Shown here piece by piece: positions 37,304-50,233 of a stretch of DNA of 64,000 nucleotides. The notes under the pieces are model-generated. The model was not told where the DNA came from and did no database searches. It saw only the letters and a program-made list of their open reading frames with translations. Within the stretch, counting starts at the first letter, position 1, and each line of letters starts with the position of its first letter. A program made the position numbers and the translations under genes. This stretch comes from Macrostomum lignano (taxonomy: Eukaryota). The stretch lies in assembly GCA_002269645.1 (NCBI GenBank), contig NIVC01001892.1, positions 124,001-188,000 on the forward strand, read 5' to 3'.

Positions 37304-40300
37304 TCAAGCCCGAGCCTGTCGGGCCTCGTGCAGAGCCCGCAACACCAGCTGAGCCTCGTCGGGCCGGGGCGAGGCCAGCGCCTCGGACAGCTCGAGCAGC
37401 GCCACCCGGCCAAGGTGGTCGCCAGCCGTCAGCACGCAGCCGGTCCGGTTGAAGCAGCAGCGGTTCAGGCCGGCCCCAGAGGCTCCCATCGGCTGGCAGC
37501 GGGCCAGCGGCTGCTCGGGGTCGGAGCCGAGGCTCCAGAGGTCCAGGCGGCCGGCGGCATCCGCGGTGCACAGCAGGCCGGGGTGCGCCGGCGACCAGCG
37601 CGCGTCCATCACGTAGTCGGCGGCCGCTTCCAACGCCAGCGGCTGCTCAGCCGGCTCGCGCAGAGACCAGACCCGAGCAGTCCAGTCCATGGAGGAGGAG
37701 AGCACCACGTGGGACAGGTCCGGGCTCGGGTTGGCCGCCACCGAGGTGACTGGCGCCTGCGGACAGGGGCAGGAGGACAGTAGGTTAACGGCAGGTTAAG
37801 GGATCTACAGGGAGCTGGGTTGAGAAAGTGGGAGTGGAGTAAAGTGGAGCAAACTTGGATCACGAGGATCGAACTGGGGTTGCGGGTTCAAACGGGCATC
37901 CAAGGGATCAAAATGGGACCTGGGATCAGGGGAATGAAAAATTGAATCAGCCGGATTAGTAGGAATATTAGAGATTAGTGGGATCAATTTGAAATCAGTG
38001 GGATCAATCTGGGATCAGTGGGACCAAACTGAGTTAATTAGGATCAATCTGGGATCAGTGGGACCAAACTGAGTTAATTAGGATCAATCTGGGATCAGTG
38101 GGACCAAACTGAGTTAATTAGGATCAATCTGGGATCAGTGGGACTAAACTGAGTTAATTAGGGTCAATCTGGGATCAGTGGGACTAAACTGAGTTAATCA
38201 GGGTCAATCTGGAATCAGTGGGGCCAAACTGATTCCATACGAATAACAGGGTCAATCTGGGATCAGTGGGACTAAACTGAGTTAATTAGGGTCAATCTGG
38301 GATCACTGGGACTAAACTGAGTTAATTAGGGTCAATCTGGGATCAGTCAGCCAAAACTAAGATCAGTATCCAGTTACCTGGTGGCTGGCGGCCAGTGAGG
38401 TCATGACCCCGGCCCGGACGCCGTGCCGGCAGCCGACGCACAGCATGGCGTCCTCGGTGCCGGCCACAAAGCGGTTGCCGTCCAGCATGTCCAGACAGGT
38501 GGCCGCCAGGCTCCGGATGGAGTGCCCGGCAGCCGACAGCATGAGATCGCAGGTCTCAACAGGCTGAGTAAGCGACTCCAGCGACCAGGTGCACAGGCGG
38601 GCGTCGCTGGACAGGGTGGCCAAGAAGTTGGCGCGCTCGGTGCCCAGAACGCGAGTGAAAACGCACGGCTCCGTGTGGCCCTGGGCGCCAAGGGTGCTGC
38701 GCTGGACAGGCGTGCGTCTGCAGGCAGATAATTTATCATGTTTAGGTGCGCATAAACTACTTGACAACTCAGCGTCTGTTTGGAGCTTTTTTAGAAAGCA
38801 AAAAAATGCACTTCACTATAGATTTCAAATTTTCAGCTTCATTGCAGTGCAGCGAAACCTGCAACCTCAAGGAATTCGTTAATTAGAAGACTCTCACGGG
38901 GCACAGTGGCGGTTCGTAGGTGCGCAAATTAAGCGAGGCTTCAGGCAGAACTGAAGCCCAAAAACTGCAAAAATATGCAACAAGAAGCGAACAGCCAAGT
39001 CATAGCTTGTAAAATTAAAATGGACCATTTGATAGGAAGAGACAACTGTAGCGGAGGGAGAGGGGATGGAGGGTGAGGAAGAGGGGATGGAGGGTGAAGA
39101 AGAGGGATGGAGGGTGAGGAAGAGGGGATGGAGGGTGAAGAAGAGGGATGGAGGGTGAGGAAGAGGGGATGGAGGGTGAGGAAGAGGGGATGGAGGGTGA
39201 GGAAGAGGGATGGAGGGTGAAGAAGAGGGGATGGAGGGTGAAGAAGAGGGGATGGAGGGTGAAGAAGAGGGGAAAATGGCCCAGAGAGCTAACCTATGAG
39301 TCCTGGTGTCCCAGAGCACCAGCTGCCCGGAGTAGGTGCCCCCAACGATGAGGCAGCGCTGGTAGGTGGCAAAGCAGGCCGACGTGACGGGTGACTGGCA
39401 GTGGAGCGCGAACTCAGGACTATCGCAGCGATAGCGGGCGTTCCACACGCAGACGACGCCATCGGAGTCTCCACCGGGATGCGACTGCTGCGACTCGGCG
39501 TAGGCGGCCAGGCAAAGCTCCTGGTAGTGCGGCGACCAGTCCAGGGCGGTGACGCAGCGGCCGCGGGACCACCTGGCGCGGTGGTCGGTGGTTCGAGTTC
39601 ATATTACAGTATTAGACTATACAGACATCTGTGAACGCTCGATCGAGATGATACTTCTCGATCTATAGACACTCTCTTTACAATCTATAGACACTCTCCA
39701 GACAATCTATAGACACTCTCTTGACACTAGACGAGTTCCCACAACTCAAACGCAGCCTCCTCACTTGTCATCGTGGAAGGTGCGGCACACGCGCACGCTG
39801 GAACCCCCGGCCACGGCGCCTTCATCATAGGCGTCGCTTCCGGCGTCGGCCTCGCCGTCGGTCTCAAAATATTCGGTCTCGGTCTCGGCCAGGGCCCGCT
39901 CGACAACCCGGCTGGCCCGGGCGAAGAAGGCCTGGAAATTGTCGGACAGCAGAATCTGCTGCCGCTCGGACTCGGACAGCTCCCGGCAGTGCCGCTGCTG
40001 GTCGGACAGAGCCACCGTCGAGGTAGTCGGCGTCGGAGCCGGAGTCGGCGGCGTCGCTGTAGCAACATCGCCGTCCGACGTGGCGACAGCGGTGGCAGCG
40101 GCTGCGAGGCCGTTGACGGAGCGCAGTTGGGCCAGCGCTGCGGTCGCAACGTCGGGGAAGTCGCCAACTGAGAGCTCCGACTCGGACACTGAGCGGTGAG
40201 CACGGAGGTATACGGAGCACAGATGAGATTTCCACTACGCGCTGAACTCTCAGCCGTTAGATTTCTAGAACTCGCTGAACTCTCACCCTTAGATTTCTAG

Positions 40301-43300
40301 AACTCGCTGAACTCTCACCCTTAGATTTCTAGAACTCGCTGGACTCTCACCCTTAGATTTCTAGAACTCGCTGAACTCTCACCCTTAGATTTCTAGAGTA
40401 AAAATAACCCCTTAGATTTCTAGAGTAAAAATAACCCCTTAGATTTCTAGAGTAAAAATCACCCATTAGATTTCTAGAGTAAAAATAACCCCTTAGATTT
40501 CTAGAGTAAAAATAACCCCCTAGATTTCTAGAGTAAAAATAACCCATTAGATTTCTAGAGTAAAAATAACCCCTTTGATTTCTAGAGTAAAAATAACCCC
40601 TTAGATTTCTAGAGTAAAAATAACCCCTTAGATTTCTAGAGTAAAAATAACCCCTTAGATTTCTAGAGTAAAAATAACCCCTTAGATTTCTAGAGTAAAA
40701 ATAACCCATTAGATTTCTAGAGTAAAAATAACCCCTTAGATTTCTAGAGTAAAAATAACCCCTTAGATTTCTAGAGTAAAAATAACCCATTAGATTTCTA
40801 GAGTAAAAATAACCCCTTAGATTTCTAGAGTAAAAATCACCCATTAGATTTCTAGAGTAAAAATAACCCCTTAGATTTCTAGAGTAAAAATAACCCCCTA
40901 GATTTCTAGAGTAAAAATAACCCATTAGATTTCTAGAGTAAAAATAACCCCTTTGATTTCTAGAGTAAAAATAACCCCTTAGATTTCTAGAGTAAAAATA
41001 ACCCCTTAGATTTCTAGAGTAAAAATAACCCCTTAGATTTCTAGAGTAAAAATAACCCCTTAGATTTCTAGAGTAAAAATAACCCATTAGATTTCTAGAG
41101 TAAAAATAACCCCTTAGATTTCTAGAGTAAAAATAACCCCTTAGATTTCTAGAGTAAAAATAACCCATTAGATTTCTAGAGTAAAAATAACCCATTAGAT
41201 TTCTAGAGTAAAAATAACCCCTTAGATTTCTAGAGTAAAACAACCCATTAGATTTCTAGAGTAAAAATAACCCCCTAGATTTCTAGAGTAAAAATAACCC
41301 ATTAGATTTCTAGAGTAAAAATAACCCCTTAGATTTCTAGAGTAAAAATAACCCATTAGATTTCTAGAGTAAAAATAACCCCTTAGATTTCTAGAGTAAA
41401 AATAACCCCTTAGATTTCTAGAGTAAAAATAACCCCTTCGATTTCTAGAGTAAAAATAACCCATTAGATTTCTAGAGTAAAAATAACCCATTAGATTTCT
41501 AGAGTAAAAATAACCCCCTAGATTTCTAGAGTAAAAATAACCCCTTAGATTTCTAGAGTAAAAATAACCCATTAGATTTCTAGAGTAAAAATAACCCCTT
41601 AGATTTCTAGAGTAAAAATAACCCATTAGATTTCTAGAGTAAAAATAACCCCTTAGATTTCTAGAGTAAAAATAACCCATTAGATTTCTAGAGTAAAAAT
41701 AACCCATTAGATTTCTAGAGTAAAAATAACCCCTTAGATTTCTAGAGTAAAAATAACCCATTAGATTTCTAGAGTAAAAATAACCCCCTAGATTTCTAGA
41801 GTAAAAATAACCCCTTAGATTTCTAGAGTAAAAATAACCCCCTAGATTTCTAGAGTAAAAATAACCCCTTAGATTTCTAGAGTAAAAATAACCCCTTAGA
41901 TTTCTAGAGTAAAAATAACCCCTTAGATTTCTAGAGTAAAAATAACCCCCTAGATTTCTAGAGTAAAAATAACCCCTTAGATTTCTAGAGTAAAAATAAC
42001 CCATTAGATTTCTAGAGTAAAAATAACCCCTTAGATTTCTAGAGTAAAAATAACCCCCTAGATTTCTAGAGTAAAAATAACCCCTTAGATTTCTAGAGTA
42101 AAAATAACCCATTAGATTTCTAGAGTAAAAATAACCCATTAGATTTCTAGAGTAAAAATAACCCCTTAGATTTCTAGAGTAAAAATAACCCATTAGATTT
42201 CTAGAGTAAAAATAACCCCTTAGATTTCTAGAGTAAAAATAACCCATTAGATTTCTAGAGTAAAAATAACCCCTTAGATTTCTAGAGTAAAAATAACCCA
42301 TTAGATTTCTAGAGTAAAAATAACCCCTTAGATTTCTAGAGTAAAAATAACCCCCTAGATTTCTGGAGTAAAAATAACCCCTTAGATTTCTAGAGTAAAA
42401 ATAACCCCTTAGATTTCTAGAGTAAAAATAACCCATTAGCTTTCAATATACGAGTCAGAATTCCATTGCTTTGCAAATCACACGGAAATCCATAACCCAT
42501 TGATAATTCTCAACAGCCAATGAGAAACACGGACTGACTGTGAATCATGGATTCCGAATAGCACTGCACATCATCGCTGATTCGCTGATTTTCATTGCCT
42601 AAGCCTTGCCCTCAGGCAACAGCGCCAATTCGAGTCTAAGGAATTATGATTTACTTTATCCAAAAAATCCTTAATAATGATTATTCTGATTGCAGTCTCT
42701 CCATCGCTACGGCCAATCTATGCAAACTGGGTGAGGAACGAAGGGTTGCTCGCTTCATGCCCTAGCTAGCCTGCCCAGATGCCGTAGCAATCAATAACTT
42801 GAGTGGATTGGAGGCAAAACTCAGCAGCAGTTGCGACTGTGGAGTCCAGTGTCTAGAAGAGCGCCCAGTTTGGCCACGAAGAGAAACACTTTGAGAAGAC
42901 TTTAAAGGGGCCGAAAGTTTAACCGTAGCAGGTGCGAGAAACTGAGTGCCTAATGCGCAAAATGGGGAGTCAAAAGTACAGGGGTGTCAAATCGGGTGTC
43001 AGGGGTGTCAAATTGGGTGTTAGGTGGTGTCAAATCGGGTGTCAGGGGGTGTCAAATCGGGTGTTAGGTGGTGTCAAATCGGGTGTCAGGGGGTGTCAAA
43101 TCGGGTGTTAGGTGGTGTCAAATCGGGTGTCAGGGGGTGTCAAATCGGGTGTTAGGTGGTGTCAAATCGGATGTCACGGGGTGTCAAATCGGGTGTCAGG
43201 AGTGCGAAATCGGGTGTCAGGGGTGTCAAATCGGGTGTCAGGAGTGCGAAATCGGGTGTCAGGGGTGTTAAATAGGGTGTCAGGAGTGCGAAATCGGGTG

Positions 43301-44246
43301 TCAGGGGTGTTAAATAGGGTGTCAGGGGTGCGAAATCGGGTCATGCGGCATCAAGAGCGGCGAAGAAATGGCAGACACGAATTCCTGCTGGGCAAGCCTA
43401 TAACCTTCACACCTACGCTTTCCTAATCAACAATGCCTATAAAGCAAAAAAGTACTTTGAAAAACTAAGCAGCAAGGCGCAGAGCAATAAAAGTACATAC
43501 GCGCCATCTGGTGATTGAACTCGTCGTCCCATTCGAGCGTAGACAGAAACCTGGGCGAGTCAACTGAAAGGGCAAAGAGAAATCTATCTGTTGTTGTGTA
43601 CAAATAGAATTGAATTTGCACTACTAAAACTCACCGTGCGACTCGGAAAGTCGACCTGAAATTAAAAATAAAAAGTGCAAATTGTCAAATATTGTTTCAA
43701 CTTGTATTTCCTAAAGGGGTCATTAATCATTCTGCGTATGCTAATTTTATCTCACTTGAAAAACATAGTTTTATAGGAGTGAAATTGTAAATTATGCATT
43801 ATGAATTATAAATTTTAAGTTCAGAGGCTCTCACTATCGCGATCCCGCTCGCAGACCTGCTGCAGAGTCTGCGTCTCCTTGCAGTAGTGCGCTGGCTGGC
43901 AGACGCTGGTCTGGGTGAGCCGGGACACGCTCAGGTGCTTCAGCGGCTTTGCCTGCGCCTGCGGAGCGTCGGGTGGCGGCGGCGACAACTTTGATGATGA
44001 CGGTGGCGAAGTGTCCGACAACTTTGGGTCGACAGGCGCCGACGGTGTCGGGTCGATGCCCAGCTCGCGCAGAATGTCTTCGGCAGTTTCGGTGGTGGCA
44101 ACAGAAGTTGCTGCTGCAGACTGCTGTGGGTTGTGGTGGCCCGAGGTGGCCCCAGCAGTTGCGGCGGCCGCAGCCTCGGCCTTCTGCTGGCGCAGGAGGG
44201 CCAGACGTGCCTTCCGCTTCTCCAGCTCGCCCTTGAGGTCGGACAT
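37304..44246 (-). CDS. DYNC1I: Cytoplasmic dynein 1 intermediate chain (divergent), 635 aa, or 663 aa with two small cassette exons
   Basis: Exons 44246-43835, [43655-43635], [43563-43501], 40188-39765, 39572-39294, 38717-38378 and 37756-37304 are all GT-AG and phase-compatible. Motifs: MSDLKGELEKRKARLALLRQQK, KETQT, FQAFFARASRVVERAL, WS..RCVTALDWS, VGGTYSGQLVLWD, SSSMDWTARVW, DYVMDARWSPAHP. Confidence 0.92.
37985..38360 (+). repeat. 40-bp minisatellite (dynein IC intron)
   Basis: GGATCAATCTGGGATCAGTGGGACCAAACTGAGTTAATTA, about 9 copies. Confidence 0.9.
39055..39272 (+). repeat. ~22-bp GA-rich repeat (dynein IC intron)
   Basis: GGGATGGAGGGTGAGGAAGAGG. Confidence 0.9.
40255..42440 (+). repeat. 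27-bp minisatellite, about 80 units (dynein IC intron)
   Basis: TTAGATTTCTAGAGTAAAAATAACCC(C/A). The unit is 9 codons long, hence the YFYSRNLRG pseudo-ORFs. Confidence 0.97.
42980..43345 (+). repeat. ~21-22-bp repeat (dynein IC intron)
   Basis: GGTGTCAAATCGGGTGTCAGG variants. Confidence 0.9.
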
Positions 44247-47139
44247 TGGCGGCGGGTTATTGGGTGTAAAGTGCGATGCTTGCTAAGCTGTGCGCGATTC
44301 AGGGGGTGGGACCTCCCACAGCTGCTCTGCCAACTGCCCTCAAGGATAGCAGTAGTTCATAGGAGCTGTAAGGAAGCATTGACAAAATATTGCATGAAAG
44401 TATGCAAAGCCAAGAGGAACATATCAGACATTATAATATTCAACCCACCATTAGTTTGTCTTAAAAGGGTTCTAAATGAGTTATCAAAAAAATCATAATG
44501 TGACTTGAAGCTAATTTAAATTAAGTAATTATTTCTATAACCTAAAAATCTGCTAAAATATTCACAACATACTTGTAGTATTGAATAGTTATTAAATAAA
44601 AATCTAATCTCTTTCTGAAATTTGGTAGAAAATGCCATATATAATTTTTATAAAATGTGTCTTTGTTATGTTTACAGCTCTATTAAAATGTAAAATAGTT
44701 TATTTCATAACACAGTACAATTTTGACACCTAGTTAAATTTTGGAAATGAGCTAAATTAAGTTTAACTAAATTTACCTAAATTTAATCTAAATGTTAAAT
44801 TTATTCATAACAATTTTTTTATAAATAATGAATAAGTTTAGTCGTGTCATACAGTTACTAATATATTACTAACAAACATACATAGATCCTTTCAATTTTT
44901 AAGTAGAAATCTTATAGACAAACTTGACCTTTGCAAATTTAAATTATATATACCATAGTTATATTTATTACTTTTGTTGTTAATTCATAAAACTTATAAT
45001 CTGACCTTTATGAATATCTGCCAATAGCAGTATATAATAGATCAGGGGTCTAATACAACATTTTATCAGTTTAAAATTGAAGATTTAATTTAAATACTCA
45101 TTTTTCCTTTAGTAAATTTAGCCCTGTTTTATAGACAGCAATATCAAAAAGTTCAATTTTAACCTCAAGGGTCATGTTCAATGTTTACAAAGCAGTTTTA
45201 TTTTTTAAAAGCAAATTAAGATAGGACTACAGTTCAGACAAAATACAACTTTATAATTATAATTATAAAAAATAGGTACATTTAGGTACATTTAATTTAA
45301 GGTTTATAACTGTTTACTATAAGTATACTATGCATTATTTTTTGTAAAATTTATGCTGTAAACAGCTCGTTTTAATTTATTATTTCTTTTAAATTTGAAA
45401 TAAAAAGTTATGTTTTTTTAAGCCAAGTCCTGGTAAATTCTATTTGAAGACTAACTTAGGAGTTAAGATTCCAAAGTCAAACAAGCAAAATTGCAAAATT
45501 GCTTTTTATATAAACTATAATAAAATGTAGGCTGTTGTTAATATAACTAATATATTCTTTAAATGAACGCACGAAACTCTGTACTAACCATACACACTAT
45601 AAGTAAAAGTATTAAGCTATGACTCATTCGCTACTGGATGGACTAACTCATCACTTCTTACTCGATGAAATGGCAGCTATTTGACACTGGGCAGTACTAT
45701 TTAATGGCGTGCATGCTAAGGCCAAGGGTATATTATAAAGCTATAATAGCAAAATAGGATACACATGATTCATTATTCAGTATTCAGGCACCAATCAGGC
45801 TATGTACAAATACAATTAACATGTAAACAAACAGTAAAGCCACGATAATAATAAAAATCACGATATTTCACATTTCGGAAATATTGAAGTAATAAAACAA
45901 ATAGTTGCTGCGGCAATCAATTTATAAAGTCTGATGTACTAATTACTTTTCATACAACTTTACAATAGTAATATTTAATCTTTTTTTTTAATTTAAAGTA
46001 AAGTGGACTTATAATATGCATAAATGTATTTTTATTAAACACAGTTTCGACCACGTCCACGCAGATCGAAATTTATATATTAATATTATTGTGGTTGTTT
46101 ATTACAGAGAATGCAAAAATCCGACAAGCTAGCTTGTTTTTTAATAAATATTATAATATACTCTACACATACATGTACGTGGTGCTTGGGCGAAATAAAT
46201 GACCACTATAGAAGTTACCATTTAATTTATCTTATTAGGACACCAAGAATTTACGTCCTGATCACATCATTACACTTAGCTTCGCACCCAACAAAAATCT
46301 GAAGAGGGAAACAAATATTTGTTTGCATTCAGGTGCACTTATTAACTAGTCAGCATTACGTGAAGTCTATAGTGTCTGTACGTGCTCAATTTAAAACTAA
46401 ACAGCCTATTCTGTTCATGGATAAAAGTTTGCGCGGTAAAATTGTAATGCATGTACATGTAAATTTAGGTGTTGCGTATTTTTACTGCATACATTACTGC
46501 AGTAGTGCTTCAGTGATTAATTTGACGTGGCTGCAAGAACCACAGTAGAAGCTACCGTGTAATTTGGTTTTGGGCTGCTGTTTAGTTAAGAAATTTATAG
46601 ATATTACTAATACACTTAGTAGCATCAAGGAAAAGAAACAGTAAGCAATAATAGTTTTAAAGTATATTATATTAGATTTGTTACACGAAAGTGACGTTCT
46701 GATAACAGTGGTTGAGTTAGGATAATGAAGATAAAAAAAATCTTTAGCAGCTGCGATATCCAACCGTGATCGGTCCGATAATTTTTTAATTATAGTTTAC
46801 ACGGACAATATTAAAATAATAATTAACTACTTACAGTGAAACAAAAATTAAGCCTGAAGCTGACAGGAAGAAATACTTGATCGAGAGCACAATGGTTGCA
46901 GTGCAATCTGCACTTAAAGAACTTCTGGGCAAAAAATACTCAAAAAATCTGAAAATGAAACGAGTCTACATTTATAAGGTAAAAATGAAATCGAAGCCTA
47001 AGAAGCTGCGTGAAGCACATTGGCAAAAGCAAAAAATATCCCTGCACCGATGCAAATTAACAGAAAAAAATATGAGAAGGATTAGCAATGTTTGCTGGTA
47101 TTGTAAGATTCTGCGTTCAGAGTTATGGTGGCTAAGGAA

Positions 47140-47480
47140 ATGGAGAGATCAGAGGGGAGATATAGGAAGGGGAGATCAGAAGGGGGAGATCCGAAGGGGA
47201 GATGAGAAGGGGGATCTGAGGGGAGATAAGAAGGGGTAGATTGGAAGGGGAGATCGGAAGGGGAAGATCGGAGGGGAGATGGGAAAGGGAGATCGGAGGG
47301 GAGATGGGAAAGGGAGATCGGAGGGGGGATGGGGGGTCGGAGGGGAGATGGGAAAGGGAGATCGGAGGGGAGATGGGAAGGGAAGGTGGAAAGGGGGAGA
47401 TCGGAAGGGGGAGATCGGAAGGGAGAGATCGGAGGGAGATGGCAAGAGGAGATGGGAAGGGGAGATGGGATTGGGAGATC
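47140..47480 (+). repeat. GA-rich repeat downstream of the CDR2-like stop
   Basis: GGAGATCGGAGGGG / GGAGATGGGAAAG units. Confidence 0.85.
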
Positions 47481-47565
47481 TCGGAAAGGGACAGCAAGCA
47501 AAGCAGCCGGTCCACCAGGAGCCACAGGAAGGACAGTCAGCACTATCAATTCAGCAGCCGCAGTC

Positions 47566-50233
47566 TCATTCCTCGTCCAGCCGCTCATCCAGCAGCAGCC
47601 GCAGGCGGGCCCGCGCCTCGGCAAAGATGGACCGGTAGGCTGGCTCGTGTTGCCCGCTGGCCAGCCGCCGGCGCTCCCTCCGGCCTACATCAGCGTCGGT
47701 GTCGGTGTCGGACTCCGACAGCTCGGCGCCCTGCCGCTGTAGGCGACTCGTTGGCGGTGGCGCCGATGGTGCCGCCTCCCTGAGGCGTCGATTGCCGCTG
47801 GCGCCGGCAGACGCGGCGCCGTTCTGAAGTTGAAGCGGCAAGATTAGAGATTACTTGCGAGTCTTCTGTGCTGATTGAACGTGTTAACTTAATGATGGGA
47901 TTCTCAGTAAAAGCGAAATGGAAATCAAGGGGAGGTCAGAAGATCGGAAGGAGAGGTCAGAAGATCGGAAGGGGAGGTCAGAAGATCGGAAGGAGAGGTC
48001 AGAAGATCGGAAGGGGAGGTCAGAAGATCGGAAGGGGAGGTCAGAAGATCGGAAGGGGAGGTCAGAAGATCGGAAGGAGAGGTCAGAAGATCGGAAGAGA
48101 GGTCAGAAGATCGGAAGGGGAGGTCAGAAGATCGGAAGGGGAGGTCAGAAGATCGGAAGGGGAGGTCAGAAGATCGGAAGGGGAGGTCAGAAGATCGGAA
48201 GGGGAGGTCAGAAGATCGGAAGGAGAGGTCAGAAGATCGGAAGGGGAGGTCAGAAGATCGGAAGGGGAGGTCAGAAGATCGGAAGGAGAGGTCAGAAGAT
48301 CGGAAGGGAGGTCAGAAGATCGGAAGGGGAGGTCAAAAGAAGATCGGAAGGGGAGGTCAGAAGACCGAAAGGGGAGGTCAGAAGATCAGAAGGGGAGGTC
48401 AGAAGATCGGAAGGAGGTCAGAAGATCGGAGGGAGAGGTCAGAAGATCGGAAGGGAGGTCAGAAGATCAGAAGGGAAGGTCAGAAGATTGAACGGGGAGG
48501 TCAGAAGATCAGAAGGGAAGGTCAGAAGATCGAACGGGGAGGTCAGAAGATGATCGGGAAAGGTTTTCAAGATGCAGCACCGATGAGGCGCCGCTCTGAC
48601 CTCTCCGCGTGATTTCCGTTGCTCCTGATGCAGCGAAGCGGCGGGAATCTCAGGAGCCGCTGTTTCCGAAACAGCAACAGCAGCCGTCCGTCCCGGCCAG
48701 CTGCCGCGTCGCCGCCCCGCGGTCACCGGCCCAGAGCTGCGGTCTGGGACTGCAGCAGCCACTGCCGCCTTGTTGGCCTCGGCCAGCCGCCGGCGCAGGT
48801 CCTCAGCTCGAGTTTCGGCGGCGGCCTCCCCGGCGGCCAGGGCCTCGACGCGCGCGGTCAGGCGGCGACGCTCCAGGCGCAGCAGGTCATTGCCGCGTTC
48901 CAACTCGGCGCAGTGCCGCTCGACCTCTTCGCAAGCGCGCGACCGGCCTTCGTCGAGGCGGCGCGCCGCTGCCAGGCTGGCGGCCAGCTGGGCGGCCTCG
49001 CGGGATCGGTCGGCGGCAGCGGCGCGGGCGCGGCGGAGGCGCGACGTAAGACAGCGATTGCGCTCGAGTAGCGCCTTGCCTATTTCGGGATTAGGAAAGG
49101 GGATTAGGAACAAGGGATTAGGAAAGGGGATTAGGAAAGGGGATTAGGAACAAGGGATTAGGCGATTAGGAACACGGGATTAGGAAAGGGGATTAGGAAA
49201 GGGGATTAGGAACAAGGGATTAGGCGATTAGGAACACGGGATTAGGAACAGGGGATTAGGCGATTAGGAACAGGGGATTAGGAACAGGGGATTAGGAACA
49301 GGGGATTAGGAACAGGGATTTGGAACAGTGGATTAGGAACAGGGGTTAGGAACAGGGGATTAGGAACAGGGATTAGGAACAGGGGATTCGGAACAGGGGA
49401 TTAGGAACAGGGGATTAGGAACAGGGGATTAGGAACAGGGGATTAGGAACAGGGATTAGGAACAGGGGATTAGGAACAGGGGATTAGGAACAGGGGATTA
49501 GGAACAGGGGATTAGGAACAGGGGATTAGAAACAGGGGATTAGGAACAGGGGATTAGGAACAGGGGATTAGGAACAGGGGATTAGGAACAGGGGATTAGG
49601 AACAAGGGGATTAGGAACAAGTGATTGGAAGCATGGCACTTGGAACAGGTGATTAGAAACATGTATTAGGAACACGGGGTTAGGAACAGGGGATCAGGAA
49701 CAGGTATTAGGAACATGGATTGGTAACCGGTGGATTCAGTGCAAGGAATTAGCTGCTCATCTACGAGTAAATATACTAAATCTCTAAGGTTTGTATGCTT
49801 GTCCATATACTAAAAATTGTTTGTCTGTGTGTCTATGTGATCGATTAAAGAAAAATAAATGAACTAAAATTAGTACAATTAGTACAAACACATTATCGTA
49901 TTGACTATTGCACATGTAAATACCCAATTCGGCAGCCACAATGAGGTCATCCTGGTGCCACACGACGCGGTCAGCCAACGATGAGCACAAATCCTCGTCA
50001 TCATCTTCCCCATCTTCATTATCTTCATCATCATCGTTCTCGTAGCCGTTGCCGTCGCCGTACACGCCGCTGCTGTGATGGTCATTGTTGGCAGCGCTGA
50101 TTGCAAAATGGTGCGCACCGTCATCCAGCTCGGGCGCCATATCGGTGGATTCGCAGCAGCCAGAGTCGTCAAAGGCCGCAGGGCCAAACTGCAGTGGACA
50201 ATTCTGCTGTTGCTGCTGTTTAGCCATGGCCAT
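47566..50233 (-). CDS. CDR2/CDR2L-like coiled-coil protein (CC1-box), 348 aa, 3 exons
   Basis: Exons 50233-49924, 49079-48601 and 47823-47566 (phases 1,0). Motif WHQDDLIVAAELG|KALLERN (compare CDR2 DLQLAAELGKTLLDRN), then a coiled coil and a C-terminal EPAYRSIFAEAR (compare PEYKALFKEIF). Confidence 0.78.
47925..48550 (+). repeat. 21-bp minisatellite in CDR2-like intron 2
   Basis: GG(A/G)GAGGTCAGAAGATCGGAA, about 30 copies. Confidence 0.95.
49085..49700 (+). repeat. 13-14-bp minisatellite in CDR2-like intron 1
   Basis: GGGGATTAGGAACA units running up to the acceptor at 49080-49081. Confidence 0.95.

Noticed and set aside
40353-42436. 296-aa and 404-aa ORFs of YFYSRNLRG repeats
   Set aside because: They come from a 27-bp intronic array that is stop-free by unit composition. 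There is no non-repetitive coding context.
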